64,000 nucleotides of DNA from a virus (IMGVR_UViG_3300037962_000450:1-64000); one strand, 5' to 3'; positions 8,311 to 16,442 are shown, counted from the first letter of the stretch. Notes: generated from the letters alone by a model not told the origin. Numbers and translations: made by a program.

Positions 8311-9510
8311 CTAAACCGCAGTCATAAAGACTTTCTCAAAGTCCTTATCCTGCATTGAATCGGCACGCTTGAGAATCGCAGACCATCGGCTTGCGTCAGT
8401 ATCAATCAGGCTACCGCCAACCTCGTCGAACTTCACCCATGTAGCAGAGTCAAACTCTTGACCTGCTCTCGTGATTGCGTTGACAACCCCGAACAGGTTA
8501 CGCTCATGGTTCTCGTAGGTAGCGAACTGCTCAAGAACCGTTGACGCTTCACGCTTGGTGAATCGCTCATCCTTGCAAACGGCAGCGATGATATTCTTCA
8601 TCGACACATCGCCATTCTCAAATTCACGCATAGCGAGGAACTTGGTGATACCGTTAGGCAACAATGGCAACTGGTGTTCAATGTTCTCACCAATCTCAAC
8701 CTTCAACGCTTCCAAGTCAATCGTACCAATGTGACGGCGACGAATCTGCTTGCCAGACACTTGACCCCAGATACAACCATTCAGGCAGATGGAACGGAAC
8801 AGGCTTGGAGTCTGAGAGATACGGCGTTTACCAATCTCGCAGTTTCCAATGCTAATCATTCCACCATAGTCGGAATCGTCGTCAGTACCATAATCGAGAA
8901 TGGTATCAGGCAGCAAGATGTTGCCATATATAGTATCCTCGTCGCCCTTCCAGTGGGACAAACGGCCTTCCGGCATGAACTCTTGGAGAGTCTCAAGATA
9001 CCAACGGTTGTCAACTGGTGCGTACTTGTCAGTCACAAATGCGCGACAAGTCCCATCAGTGTAAGTCCGCAAGCGATACTCTTTATCCTGATTCAATCGA
9101 CGCAAAGCATTGTTGGCAAGATAGGTCATAACGTCAGCATCTTGTGCGTCATAATCTTCCTGCTTTCGCAGTTCACGCATAACGCTAGACGATGGAACGC
9201 CAGCCCTAATTGCGAATTGCTCAATAGCATGGTCAGTAGGCTGGAACTCACGGTCACCAACCTTAAAAACAAAGTTGCCGTCAGAATCGACAGAACCTTG
9301 AATATCCTTGACAGGTGCGAGAATATCCTCACGGTCACGGGCAGCATCATACGCCAGTTCCAACGCATCGTCGTAAGACATCGTTGTGGCGTACCAGTCC
9401 TTATGGACGTGATGATTCTCAGCGAATCCCACGCCAGTCTTACCTTCCAGATTCCTAACGAAGGAACCTTCGGACTTGTCAGCGGTCATTTGCAATTTTT
9501 CGTAATTCAT
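8311..9510 (-). CDS. DUF932-like domain protein
   Basis: RTYTDGTCRAFVTDKYAPVDNRWYL and GGMISIGNCEIG...PSLFRSICLNGCI motifs; GAAAGG RBS; own promoter. Confidence 0.72.
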   Translation of the reverse strand: MNYEKLQMTADKSEGSFVRNLEGKTGVGFAENHHVHKDWYATTMSYDDALELAYDAARDREDILAPVKDIQGSVDSDGNFVFKVGDREFQPTDHAIEQFAIRAGVPSSSVMRELRKQEDYDAQDADVMTYLANNALRRLNQDKEYRLRTYTDGTCRAFVTDKYAPVDNRWYLETLQEFMPEGRLSHWKGDEDTIYGNILLPDTILDYGTDDDSDYGGMISIGNCEIGKRRISQTPSLFRSICLNGCIWGQVSGKQIRRRHIGTIDLEALKVEIGENIEHQLPLLPNGITKFLAMREFENGDVSMKNIIAAVCKDERFTKREASTVLEQFATYENHERNLFGVVNAITRAGQEFDSATWVKFDEVGGSLIDTDASRWSAILKRADSMQDKDFEKVFMTAV

Positions 9511-9575
9511 TTCAAAACCTTTCATTGAAAAAACTTGTGCTTATGCCATACATTATAGCATATAAAATCTAAATG

Positions 9576-9785
9576 TCAATCATCCATCGGCGGAAAAAGT
9601 TCTTGCCAGCATGAATCGCAGGTTGCCGACATCAGCAACTCACGATGACCTTTTGGCAGGTACGGCAGTGCATCCTGAATCAGCGTGCCGGTTCCCCACT
9701 TGCGTATGTCATCTGGATCAGCCTTGATAACGGTGGTTCCCCTGCACAGGCGGCAGACAAGCTGGTACTCTTGCATCTCTTTCAT
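9576..9785 (-). CDS. small Cys-rich (CxxC...CxxC) protein
   Basis: CRLC...LIQDALPYL...RELLMSATCDSCW. Confidence 0.62.
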   Translation of the reverse strand: MKEMQEYQLVCRLCRGTTVIKADPDDIRKWGTGTLIQDALPYLPKGHRELLMSATCDSCWQELFPPMDD

Positions 9786-9955
9786 GGTCAATCTCCTTTG
9801 TTGTTACACTACCATTCTATCATATATATCGGCAAAGTCAAGCTCTAACCTTGAGATAATTACCAGAAAAACCAGAGTTTTGCGAAAAACTTTTTGGCAC
9901 AAAAATCGCTGGGCGTTTTTTGATATATTATTTAAGCCCAAACCTGTCTATCAAT

Positions 9956-10153
9956 TTACACCCTCTTCTCATTCAACCACGGAAACGCATCTTCTAATTC
10001 CTGTGCGCTATCTCTCCCAGCCTCCGCCAAACTTCCTAAGTCTACGTCTGACTCACCTATGTGAGCTACAGCCATACAGTCCAGCCATGCGTGTGTAATA
10101 GCGTCAACTTGTTCACTTGTTAAATTATCCGACATGTCGTACCAATCTCCCAA
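9956..10153 (-). CDS. hypothetical acidic protein
   Basis: 65-aa ORF within the co-oriented cluster. Confidence 0.5.
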   Translation of the reverse strand: MGDWYDMSDNLTSEQVDAITHAWLDCMAVAHIGESDVDLGSLAEAGRDSAQELEDAFPWLNEKRV

Positions 10154-10249
10154 TCTAAATCATTGTTATCCATTAGCTCGTTTAGATATTCATATACATC
10201 TATGTCATCAATATCGTCACGTTCAAAGTCTAAATATATTACTACTGTA

Positions 10250-10411
10250 CTACTCATCTTCAATCTCCACAAAGGTTCTATCATATATCATATCTTGGTC
10301 ACAGCACATTGGAGTTCCATTGTCTTGAAAGAAGTCTGGGTTTACCCATACGGCTTCAGGGCACTCTTGACAAGTCCATACTGTATGCACTTGACTGTCT
10401 TTAACTTCCAT
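10250..10411 (-). CDS. 53-aa Cys-containing hypothetical protein
   Basis: MEVKDSQVHTVWTCQECPEAVWVNPDFFQDNGTPMCCDQDM..., read manually. Confidence 0.5.
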   Translation of the reverse strand: MEVKDSQVHTVWTCQECPEAVWVNPDFFQDNGTPMCCDQDMIYDRTFVEIEDE

Positions 10412-10446
10412 ATGTCTAATCATCTTCAATCTCTCTTAAAAAGAAA

Positions 10447-10550
10447 ACCGGCTTGTCCGACTTACGCAGCAGGCGCACAGTGCTTTAACGTCCTTAGTCC
10501 TGCTACTCGGTTACGGTTTTGGATCACACCGCACTTGTGACCTCGCCGGT
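10447..10550 (-). ncRNA. candidate structured RNA element (three-way junction followed by U-tract)
   Basis: ACCGG/CCGGT closing stem, GGTCACA/TGTGATCC, CCGA/TCGG and TAGCAGG/CCTGCTG nested stems, then TTTTCTTTT. Confidence 0.35.
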
Positions 10551-10563
10551 ATTCCTAGTCAGG

Positions 10564-10731
10564 CTACTCTAGTGTAACGTCACTTCCCATTGCGGCAAAC
10601 AGGCCATTCAGCCAATCCCTTGCACCCTCGTCGTCATCCATATCAATAGGCTTTCCGTCGTCGGTTGCTTCACAATAGTCATGCAGCAAGTTAAAGTCTC
10701 CATGAAAAATAGGTTCTTCTGGGTTACTCAT
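10564..10731 (-). CDS. 55-aa acidic hypothetical protein
   Basis: MSNPEEPIFHGDFNLLHDYCEATDDGKPIDMDDDEG...; AAGGAGAG RBS. Confidence 0.55.
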   Translation of the reverse strand: MSNPEEPIFHGDFNLLHDYCEATDDGKPIDMDDDEGARDWLNGLFAAMGSDVTLE

Positions 10732-10755
10732 TCTTTTCTCTCCTTGCGGTTAGGA

Positions 10756-10812
10756 TTACTCCCAACCATCAGCTAACACAAACATTAAAACTAAAAGCAA
10801 AATCGCTCCCAT
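10756..10812 (-). CDS. 18-aa hydrophobic micropeptide
   Basis: MGAILLLVLMFVLADGWE; GAGGAG RBS; promoter 10852-10879. Confidence 0.4.
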   Translation of the reverse strand: MGAILLLVLMFVLADGWE

Positions 10813-10909
10813 AGGCAGTACTCCTCAAAAGTTCACATCGTACACTCCTCCATTATACCATACATCGTCATTTTGTCAACCAAACTTTAGCTTATCCTGA
10901 TATATATAG

Positions 10910-10982
10910 TAGGGCTGGTGAGAATCGAACTCACGACACCCGCCTTATAAGGACGGCGCTCTCACCACTGAGCTACAGCCCC
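10910..10982 (-). tRNA. tRNA-Ile(UAU)
   Basis: Acceptor GGGGCTG/CAGCCCT, A73; anticodon arm CCGTC-CTTATAA-GGCGG; T-arm GTGAG-TTCGATT-CTCAC. Confidence 0.9.
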
Positions 10983-11021
10983 AAATGCCTTTTTATATCA
11001 GAAGGCTAACTGGTTGTATTG

Positions 11022-11191
11022 TGGAAGGGTGGGGTTTATGTATCACCCACAACGTTTCAGGGACAGATATGTCTACGGTTTGACCCGCTTCCCTACTTTG
11101 TACCACCAACTAAAGCCTCATCCATTCGGACATACTCAATAGTCGGTGTGCCTTGCCGCCTCTGCCTAGCTTCGGCGTTCAGCCACCTTCC
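11022..11191 (-). ncRNA. 170-nt expanded tRNA-like (cloverleaf) RNA of unknown class
   Basis: GGAAGG/CCTTCC-A ends, GTGGG/CCCAC T-like stem, CACCGACTA/TAGTTGGTG stem, AGGGA/TCCCT stem with inner hairpins; no ORF. Confidence 0.6.
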
Positions 11192-11224
11192 TACCAAGCG
11201 GGAGCTACCCGCCTGATATATATT

Positions 11225-11623
11225 TTAAGTTGGGTTCAATGCCAATACTGGCAGTTTACCATTTTTTAAGTCTAGTTCAACAAAGTCTGCTTGATGAACT
11301 GGTTTGTCTTGAAAGTCTACGAATGTATTAGCCTTGTAGGGGTTGTAATATATTTCATCCAGAACTGCCGGTGAGTGGTTGTCTGAAATATAGCCTCTAA
11401 CGAAAGCATGAACATTCTTACGCTTCTCTCGTATAACCTTAGCGTGTCCTGCCGGTTGGACTACGAACACACAGTCCTCTAGGCCAATAATGCTACAGTG
11501 GAACTTGACAAGACCAGCTTGCCTAACGCTCCAACACTTCTTATGCAGGTTTCGGTAGACCTCAATCTTTCGACTGGGGTCTACCAGAGTGACCTGCTCT
11601 TTATAGTCATCAGTGTTAATCAT
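11225..11623 (-). CDS. conserved hypothetical phage protein
   Basis: EVYRNLHKKCWSVR...VQPAG...EKRKNVHAFVRG pattern; ATG lies 6 nt after a -10 hexamer. Confidence 0.7.
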   Translation of the reverse strand: MINTDDYKEQVTLVDPSRKIEVYRNLHKKCWSVRQAGLVKFHCSIIGLEDCVFVVQPAGHAKVIREKRKNVHAFVRGYISDNHSPAVLDEIYYNPYKANTFVDFQDKPVHQADFVELDLKNGKLPVLALNPT

Positions 11624-11630
11624 GGTTATA

Positions 11631-11870
11631 TTATACCATATCACCAACAGATTTCAAGTAGATTTTGCACAAAGTTTTGAATCTTTTGTGCGTGCTTCCA
11701 TCTTGAGGGTGAGCCGCGACGATGACGCCGCTATCCTCAATCTTGACGAAACGCGAAGGCTTCTCCTGCCCGCACTTAACCCACTGACCAGCTTGCAACT
11801 TCAACTGACCAGTCCGAACCATGTGTGCCGTGTTGCTGTCCCAAAGGTCAACCGTCTTCGTGTAACGCAT
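11631..11870 (-). CDS. hypothetical phage protein
   Basis: 79 aa, AAGGAGAG RBS, promoter 11916-11943. Confidence 0.65.
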   Translation of the reverse strand: MRYTKTVDLWDSNTAHMVRTGQLKLQAGQWVKCGQEKPSRFVKIEDSGVIVAAHPQDGSTHKRFKTLCKIYLKSVGDMV

Positions 11871-12105
11871 ACCATCTCTCCTTGTGCTTAACTAGAAATC
11901 GTTTCTTGTGTCTCTATTATACTATATCGTCATTATATGTCAAGAGTCTTTAGGCTTTTCTTTGAAAATTTTCGCTTTTTTCGCTGGCTATCTTATCGAG
12001 TCTTAGATCCGGGAAGATTGGCTAAGACCTGGGGTGGCCGGGATGTAACCCCTTGGCCGGGAAGGGTTTGCGTCAAAAAACGCCTACGCATTTTTCGTGC
12101 CAAAG

Positions 12106-12179
<74 letters not shown>

Positions 12180-12295
12180 AGTAAAAAATACTACACCCTA
12201 GCATATATACGAAACGAAAACGAGTGAAGGGAAGCCCAGCGTAATGCTGGACTCCCCCGCACAAGTAAACACCCCTTTCAGGGACACAACAAAGA

Positions 12296-12502
12296 TTAGA
12301 CTTTCTGCGGGTCAATCATCTTTGAAAACGAGAGTGTGCGGACAGTGTTGTCCTCGCTGCGAATAGTCGCATACAGACCATTCTTGCTAACGCCGAGATT
12401 CTCGACAACTCCCTCGTGTCGCTTCAAGATGTTGCGACGACCATGCTTTGGGTATTTGCAGGCGAGTGTATCGCCCTTGACGATGTTTACATTATTAAAC
12501 AT
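12296..12502 (-). CDS. hypothetical protein (SH3-like beta topology possible)
   Basis: MFNNVNIVKGD... start after AAAGGAGAC RBS. Confidence 0.6.
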   Translation of the reverse strand: MFNNVNIVKGDTLACKYPKHGRRNILKRHEGVVENLGVSKNGLYATIRSEDNTVRTLSFSKMIDPQKV

Positions 12503-12503
12503 A

Positions 12504-12659
12504 TTATTTGTCTCCTTTGAAAGACAGTTCAACTTGTGCGAAGTCCAACGTAGACTTCTTACCATTCTTTTCAACCGTGACACTATCATGATTGATGGAT
12601 ACAACAGTACCCTGCGGCAACTCAGTGCCAACACTAACAAGTGGTTTCTGATTACTCAT
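12504..12659 (-). CDS. 51-aa hypothetical protein
   Basis: MSNQKPLVSVG... after GGAGGAG RBS. Confidence 0.5.
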   Translation of the reverse strand: MSNQKPLVSVGTELPQGTVVSINHDSVTVEKNGKKSTLDFAQVELSFKGDK

Positions 12660-12912
12660 CAGCGATCTCCTCCTCTGAAAATGCTTCTTCTTTCGCCTTG
12701 GCTTCAGCGATCTGGTTGGCCAACTCCTCAGCTCTCTCGCTGTCATACTGAGCAATTCGCTCATTCAGACGTTTGGTCAAGCTCCGTAGCTGCTGCTCGT
12801 CGTAGCTGAACTCCACCTTGTCATCACCAAAGTATAGTTCAATCTTCTCAGACCAACTGGAAACGTATGAAGCAGTCAGGTTACCGGCTTCGATTTGTTG
12901 AGAAACTTTCAT
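12652..12912 (-). CDS. hypothetical protein
   Basis: GAAAGGGAG RBS, promoter 12958-12985. Confidence 0.65.
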   Translation of the reverse strand: MKVSQQIEAGNLTASYVSSWSEKIELYFGDDKVEFSYDEQQLRSLTKRLNERIAQYDSERAEELANQIAEAKAKEEAFSEEEIADE

Positions 12913-13003
12913 CTTCTCTCCCTTTCAAAAAAGTAGTGTTACTGTGCTACAGCATTCATTATACAATAATTATCGGCATTGTCAACCGGTTTCTTTAACT
13001 TTT

Positions 13004-13411
13004 TTACCACCAACTAGAATATATAACAGTATATCCTTGCTTGATTGCGGCGCGAGCCTGAACGATAAATTCACGGTCTTGCTCTGCATAGTGGTCGTCG
13101 GAATTTTCCCCAAAGAAGAATCCGGCTGTCTCTGGTAGTGCTGACTCGTCCAAACTCTGTTCAAGACAGTCCAAGTCACTCAGTGTCAACTCTAAGTCAA
13201 CACAGTTGAAGTCACTGCCAAAGCCAGTGTCAGTGGTTTCAGGATTACCGTTAGGACAACCCTTCTCATGCCAAAGGTTTTCCATCCACCCTTGCAGGTT
13301 TGGATGCTTACGCCAGTAGGCTAGCTCCATTTCATCCTCATAGAAGGTATAGCCTTCTTCGTCTTTCTGTGGCTGGCCTTTGCGCGCCAATCCGTATTGG
13401 TCTAATCCCAT
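13004..13411 (-). CDS. conserved hypothetical phage protein (MGLD...YWRK family)
   Basis: MGLDQY...LAYWRKHPNLQGWM...TAGFFFG...VIYSSWW. Confidence 0.78.
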   Translation of the reverse strand: MGLDQYGLARKGQPQKDEEGYTFYEDEMELAYWRKHPNLQGWMENLWHEKGCPNGNPETTDTGFGSDFNCVDLELTLSDLDCLEQSLDESALPETAGFFFGENSDDHYAEQDREFIVQARAAIKQGYTVIYSSWW

Positions 13412-13766
13412 TTCTTTTCTCCTTACGTTGTCCTTTGTTACTCTTCTATTATAACATATATCGGCTGTTTGTCAAGTCATTCTTTAATCTTTTTTTGCTT
13501 TTTTTCGCTGGCGGTGAGTTTTCGCTGACTTCCACATCGCCGCTTGACTCTTTTAGTTTAGGGAAGACAACACGATGGCAAGCCTGTCCATCTGTACCCT
13601 ACACCGTCTTACCGATGCTGTCCCGTCTGGGCTACGAAGGCTTTAACTGGGCTGTTGTCACTACTCCATTATAGTATATATCGGCTATATGTCAAGCAGA
13701 CTTGAGACAATTCCAGAATTTTCTTTGGCATAAAAATTGCGGGCCGTTTTTTGAATTTTAAAGATA

Positions 13767-13798
13767 CCGGCAGCGGCTGGAACCCCAACCGCTACCGG
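13767..13798 (-). terminator. conserved 14-bp hairpin (copy 2)
   Basis: CCGGTAGCGGTTGG-GGTT-CCAGCCGCTGCCGG; 30/32 identical to 8263-8294. Confidence 0.6.
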
Positions 13799-13817
13799 CT
13801 CTCTCGAAAGGAAATTC

Positions 13818-14126
13818 TTATCCCCATGCCTCGTTCATTTCCTCGGCATCGGTTTGGGCTTTCATGGCTTTCATGGTTATACCGTACACACACGCAGACA
13901 GTTCAATTAACATCGACGCCGCCGCTTGTGCGTTAATGTCTTCCTCCTCAAGCTCAATCAGCGGCTCAACGTATTTATTAATAACCTCGTGAATAGCCAT
14001 AGTCAGTTCCGGCTGTTCAGTCATACCGTCAAGCATGGTAGCCATTGCAAACTCATCAGGCCTCGATTGTACAGCCTTGTCGAGTGTTGCTAATATGGTA
14101 TCAATGTTAATTCTTGGAAGTGTCAT
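13818..14126 (-). CDS. hypothetical helical acidic protein
   Basis: CGAAAGGAAAG RBS, promoter 14164-14191. Confidence 0.65.
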   Translation of the reverse strand: MTLPRINIDTILATLDKAVQSRPDEFAMATMLDGMTEQPELTMAIHEVINKYVEPLIELEEEDINAQAAASMLIELSACVYGITMKAMKAQTDAEEMNEAWG

Positions 14127-14176
14127 AATTCTTTCCTTTCGCAATATTGTTTAGTACAACTCTATTATATCATACT

Positions 14177-14959
14177 TTATACGGTTGTCAACTTTTTTCT
14201 ACTGTAAGATCCGACACCCTTCAAGGCTTTTAGTGCCGTCGCTGCGTCGGTTCCCTTTGGTTGCGTTCCGTGTAGCAGTAGGGCAAAACTCTGATTCTTT
14301 AATGATGGACGTGCCGCATGGCTGTCATCGTGGTCAATTTCTAATCCGAGTTCATTCGCTTCCGCTTCACTGAACACAACCTGTGCGAATCGTAGATTCT
14401 GGGATTCGATTAATTCGTCATCTCTTCCGCCATAACTAGCAGTAAGAACAAAATTATCAATGCTACAATAGTAATCCTCCAACTCAAGCCAATACTTCAG
14501 TGATTTAGTATAAGCATAGAATAACGTGTTTGGATTGAGTTCCGCCAACGTCATCCATGCCAACATATAATCACGACTAAAGAAATCGCCTGCAACGTGG
14601 ATTCTCACGATACCCGCATCCGATGGAAGCGCATCATATAACATACGATTCATTTCCAACTGTGACGATCCACGCAACATGTCAAAATTGTGTTTGCGTG
14701 AATTGTATACGTTGGTATACTGCACTTCTTGGCTAGCAGAGAAGCAACGGAATTCTGTTTTATTTCCATCTTTGATTTTCCGCTTGCCGGTTGCCTTGTC
14801 AACTGTTGCCTTAGAAAGACACTTCTCAGCAAACGGACAACTATAACCGCTCAGCAGGTCAAGGGAATAGATTTTCCGCTTGCCTTCAAGATACGGCTTC
14901 AACTCATCAACTTGCTTCAGGGCTTCAGTTTTGGCATTGGCTTTTGAGAACTTCAACAT
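14177..14959 (-). CDS. GP88-like protein (Cys-rich, 'gene product 88' family)
   Basis: SCPFAEKC...CFSASQE...VRIHVAGDFFS...FYAYTKS motifs; CGAAAGGAAA RBS. Confidence 0.72.
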   Translation of the reverse strand: MLKFSKANAKTEALKQVDELKPYLEGKRKIYSLDLLSGYSCPFAEKCLSKATVDKATGKRKIKDGNKTEFRCFSASQEVQYTNVYNSRKHNFDMLRGSSQLEMNRMLYDALPSDAGIVRIHVAGDFFSRDYMLAWMTLAELNPNTLFYAYTKSLKYWLELEDYYCSIDNFVLTASYGGRDDELIESQNLRFAQVVFSEAEANELGLEIDHDDSHAARPSLKNQSFALLLHGTQPKGTDAATALKALKGVGSYSRKKLTTV

Positions 14960-15184
14960 TGCATTTCCTTTCGTGTGATTGTTTCCCCTATTATAATATA
15001 TTATCGGCATATGTCAAGGGGCAACTTGAACTTTTTTCGCATTTTTACTGACTTTCCGCTGGCTATACATTGGAGCATTTAACCCGATAGGATTGAGGGG
15101 GACAGATCATTATAGCACATATCCCCGCCGATGTCAAGGGCAAAAAAATAAAAAAACGCCCCGCGATTTTTGTGCCAAAAATAT

Positions 15185-15226
15185 AGCAGCCTCAAACCGG
15201 CACGAAAGGAAACCGGCGAGGCTGCT
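15185..15226 (-). terminator. hairpin whose loop reads UUUCCUUUCG, followed by U-rich tract
   Basis: AGCAGCCTC-G-CCGG-TTTCCTTTCGTG-CCGG-TTT-GAGGCTGCT-ATATTTTT. Confidence 0.55.
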
Positions 15227-15257
15227 GGTGAACCGCGCTTGACACGCGGGTTAATTG

Positions 15258-15647
15258 TGTGGCGACTTGCAGGGGATTTGCACCCCTGACCGGTTGCACT
15301 GTATATCTGGAGGAACTAAGCTGCTCCGTTGTATCCGTCGATTTGGTTAACCATCCCCTCGGGGAATCCTCGACTTCGTGTCGTACTTCAGACCAGTGGC
15401 TTATCAACCGGCGTAGCTGTACCAAGCCATATGTATTGTGCCGCGTTTATACCCCAGTGGCAGACGTTAGGCTTTCACTTTACCAAAGGGGAGCGGCGTT
15501 GTATGGTGCTGGTGAGTGTGGCGATCAACCACGCCTCTCATTCACTGCGACCCGATGCCTCGGACAGTGACACCCACGCCAGCGTCGTGGGCAGGTTGTG
15601 ATACCGGAAAAGCGAATTAACTTGCGGACTGACATGTCCAAGTCGCA
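15258..15647 (-). ncRNA. about 385-nt highly structured non-coding RNA with tRNA-like closing domain, class unassigned
   Basis: 5' GCGACTTG pairs with 3' CAAGTCGC; T-like hairpin CAGGGG-TGCAAAT-CCCCTG; nested CCGGTTG/CAACCGG, CACTG/CAGTG, GTCTG/CAGAT; many local hairpins; no credible ORF or RBS. Confidence 0.65.
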
Positions 15648-15680
15648 GAGGTTTCCTTATCCAGTTATCACGCACTTGTA

Positions 15681-15884
15681 TCAAAAAATATCATCGTATT
15701 GGCCGTGATCCCAATCGTCACCGCCCATGTAATCCTGCCACTCGTCGTATTCAGACGGTTGCCCATCGTACTCGTCCCACTCGTCCCAATCTTCTTCGTC
15801 AATCGTGAGTTCGCCAAGATCATCGGCATCGCTAATAAGTGCTTCCGTGTCGATGATGTTGTCTCGGTTTTCAGGGTAGCTCAT
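15681..15884 (-). CDS. very acidic Asp/Trp/Tyr-rich small protein
   Basis: DEEDWDEWDEYDGQPSEYDEWQDY; CGAAAGG RBS. Confidence 0.68.
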   Translation of the reverse strand: MSYPENRDNIIDTEALISDADDLGELTIDEEDWDEWDEYDGQPSEYDEWQDYMGGDDWDHGQYDDIF

Positions 15885-16028
15885 AATGAACCTTTCGTAA
15901 AGTGAAAAAGTGGGATGCAGTGGCTCTTAACCCTAGCCGGTTGGCTCCAGTTCCCGTTTTGAGTCGTCCCCAGTGGTCGGGGTGCCTGTCACTCGTATGT
16001 CTTTATTATACTATAATTATCGGCGTTG

Positions 16029-16190
16029 TCAAGAGCAAACTTTAGTTTTTTCTAAACTTTTTTCTTCCGCTTCTTTATCAGCCATAATCATAACGTCAAG
16101 GATAGCGTTGGTTACTTTTCTCGAAGCGTCTTCATTCTTGGCGGTGTAGTATGCTTGCCATAGCTGTTCTTTTAGCTCTTTCGTTTTCAT
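16029..16190 (-). CDS. 53-aa hypothetical protein
   Basis: MKTKELKEQ... after CGAAAGGAAAG RBS. Confidence 0.6.
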   Translation of the reverse strand: MKTKELKEQLWQAYYTAKNEDASRKVTNAILDVMIMADKEAEEKSLEKTKVCS

Positions 16191-16355
16191 TTTCTTTCCT
16201 TTCGTGTTAGGGTGCTGTCGGTTACCCCAGTTGAATGTTGCCCTTGTTATGTCTCCCATTATAATATATATCGGCACAAATGTCAAGAGCAATCCAGTAA
16301 AAAATCAAAAAAAAGCCAAAAAAATCAAAAAATCGCCGGGCATTTTTTGTGCCAG

Positions 16356-16442
16356 TTATCTAGTTTCTAAAATGACATATACGGCCATAACAATATAAGA
16401 CCACACGGCCACAATCTCAACCATTCCGATAATCTTCTTCAT
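16356..16442 (-). CDS. 28-aa single-TM micropeptide
   Basis: MKKIIGMVEIVAVWSYIVMAVYVILETR; ATGA overlap with the upstream micropeptide. Confidence 0.5.
   Translation of the reverse strand: MKKIIGMVEIVAVWSYIVMAVYVILETR

Noticed and set aside
8674-9528. 284-aa plus-strand ORF
   Set aside because: Antisense to the DUF932-like gene, which has the promoter, RBS and family motifs
11022-11191. Calling it tRNA-Ser or tRNA-Sec
   Set aside because: No 7-nt anticodon loop, non-canonical T-loop and about twice the normal length; kept as an unassigned ncRNA
15231-15252. TTGACA in a hairpin loop as a plus-strand antisense promoter
   Set aside because: No -10 hexamer at 16-18 nt; better explained as a 3' hairpin of the minus-strand transcript
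15258-15647. Assignment of the large RNA to RNase P, a group I intron or a second tmRNA
   Set aside because: No GAGGAAAGUCC/P4 signature, no recognisable P7 or R/S elements (only a weak AGATATA similarity), no interrupted host gene, no tag frame or G3-U70
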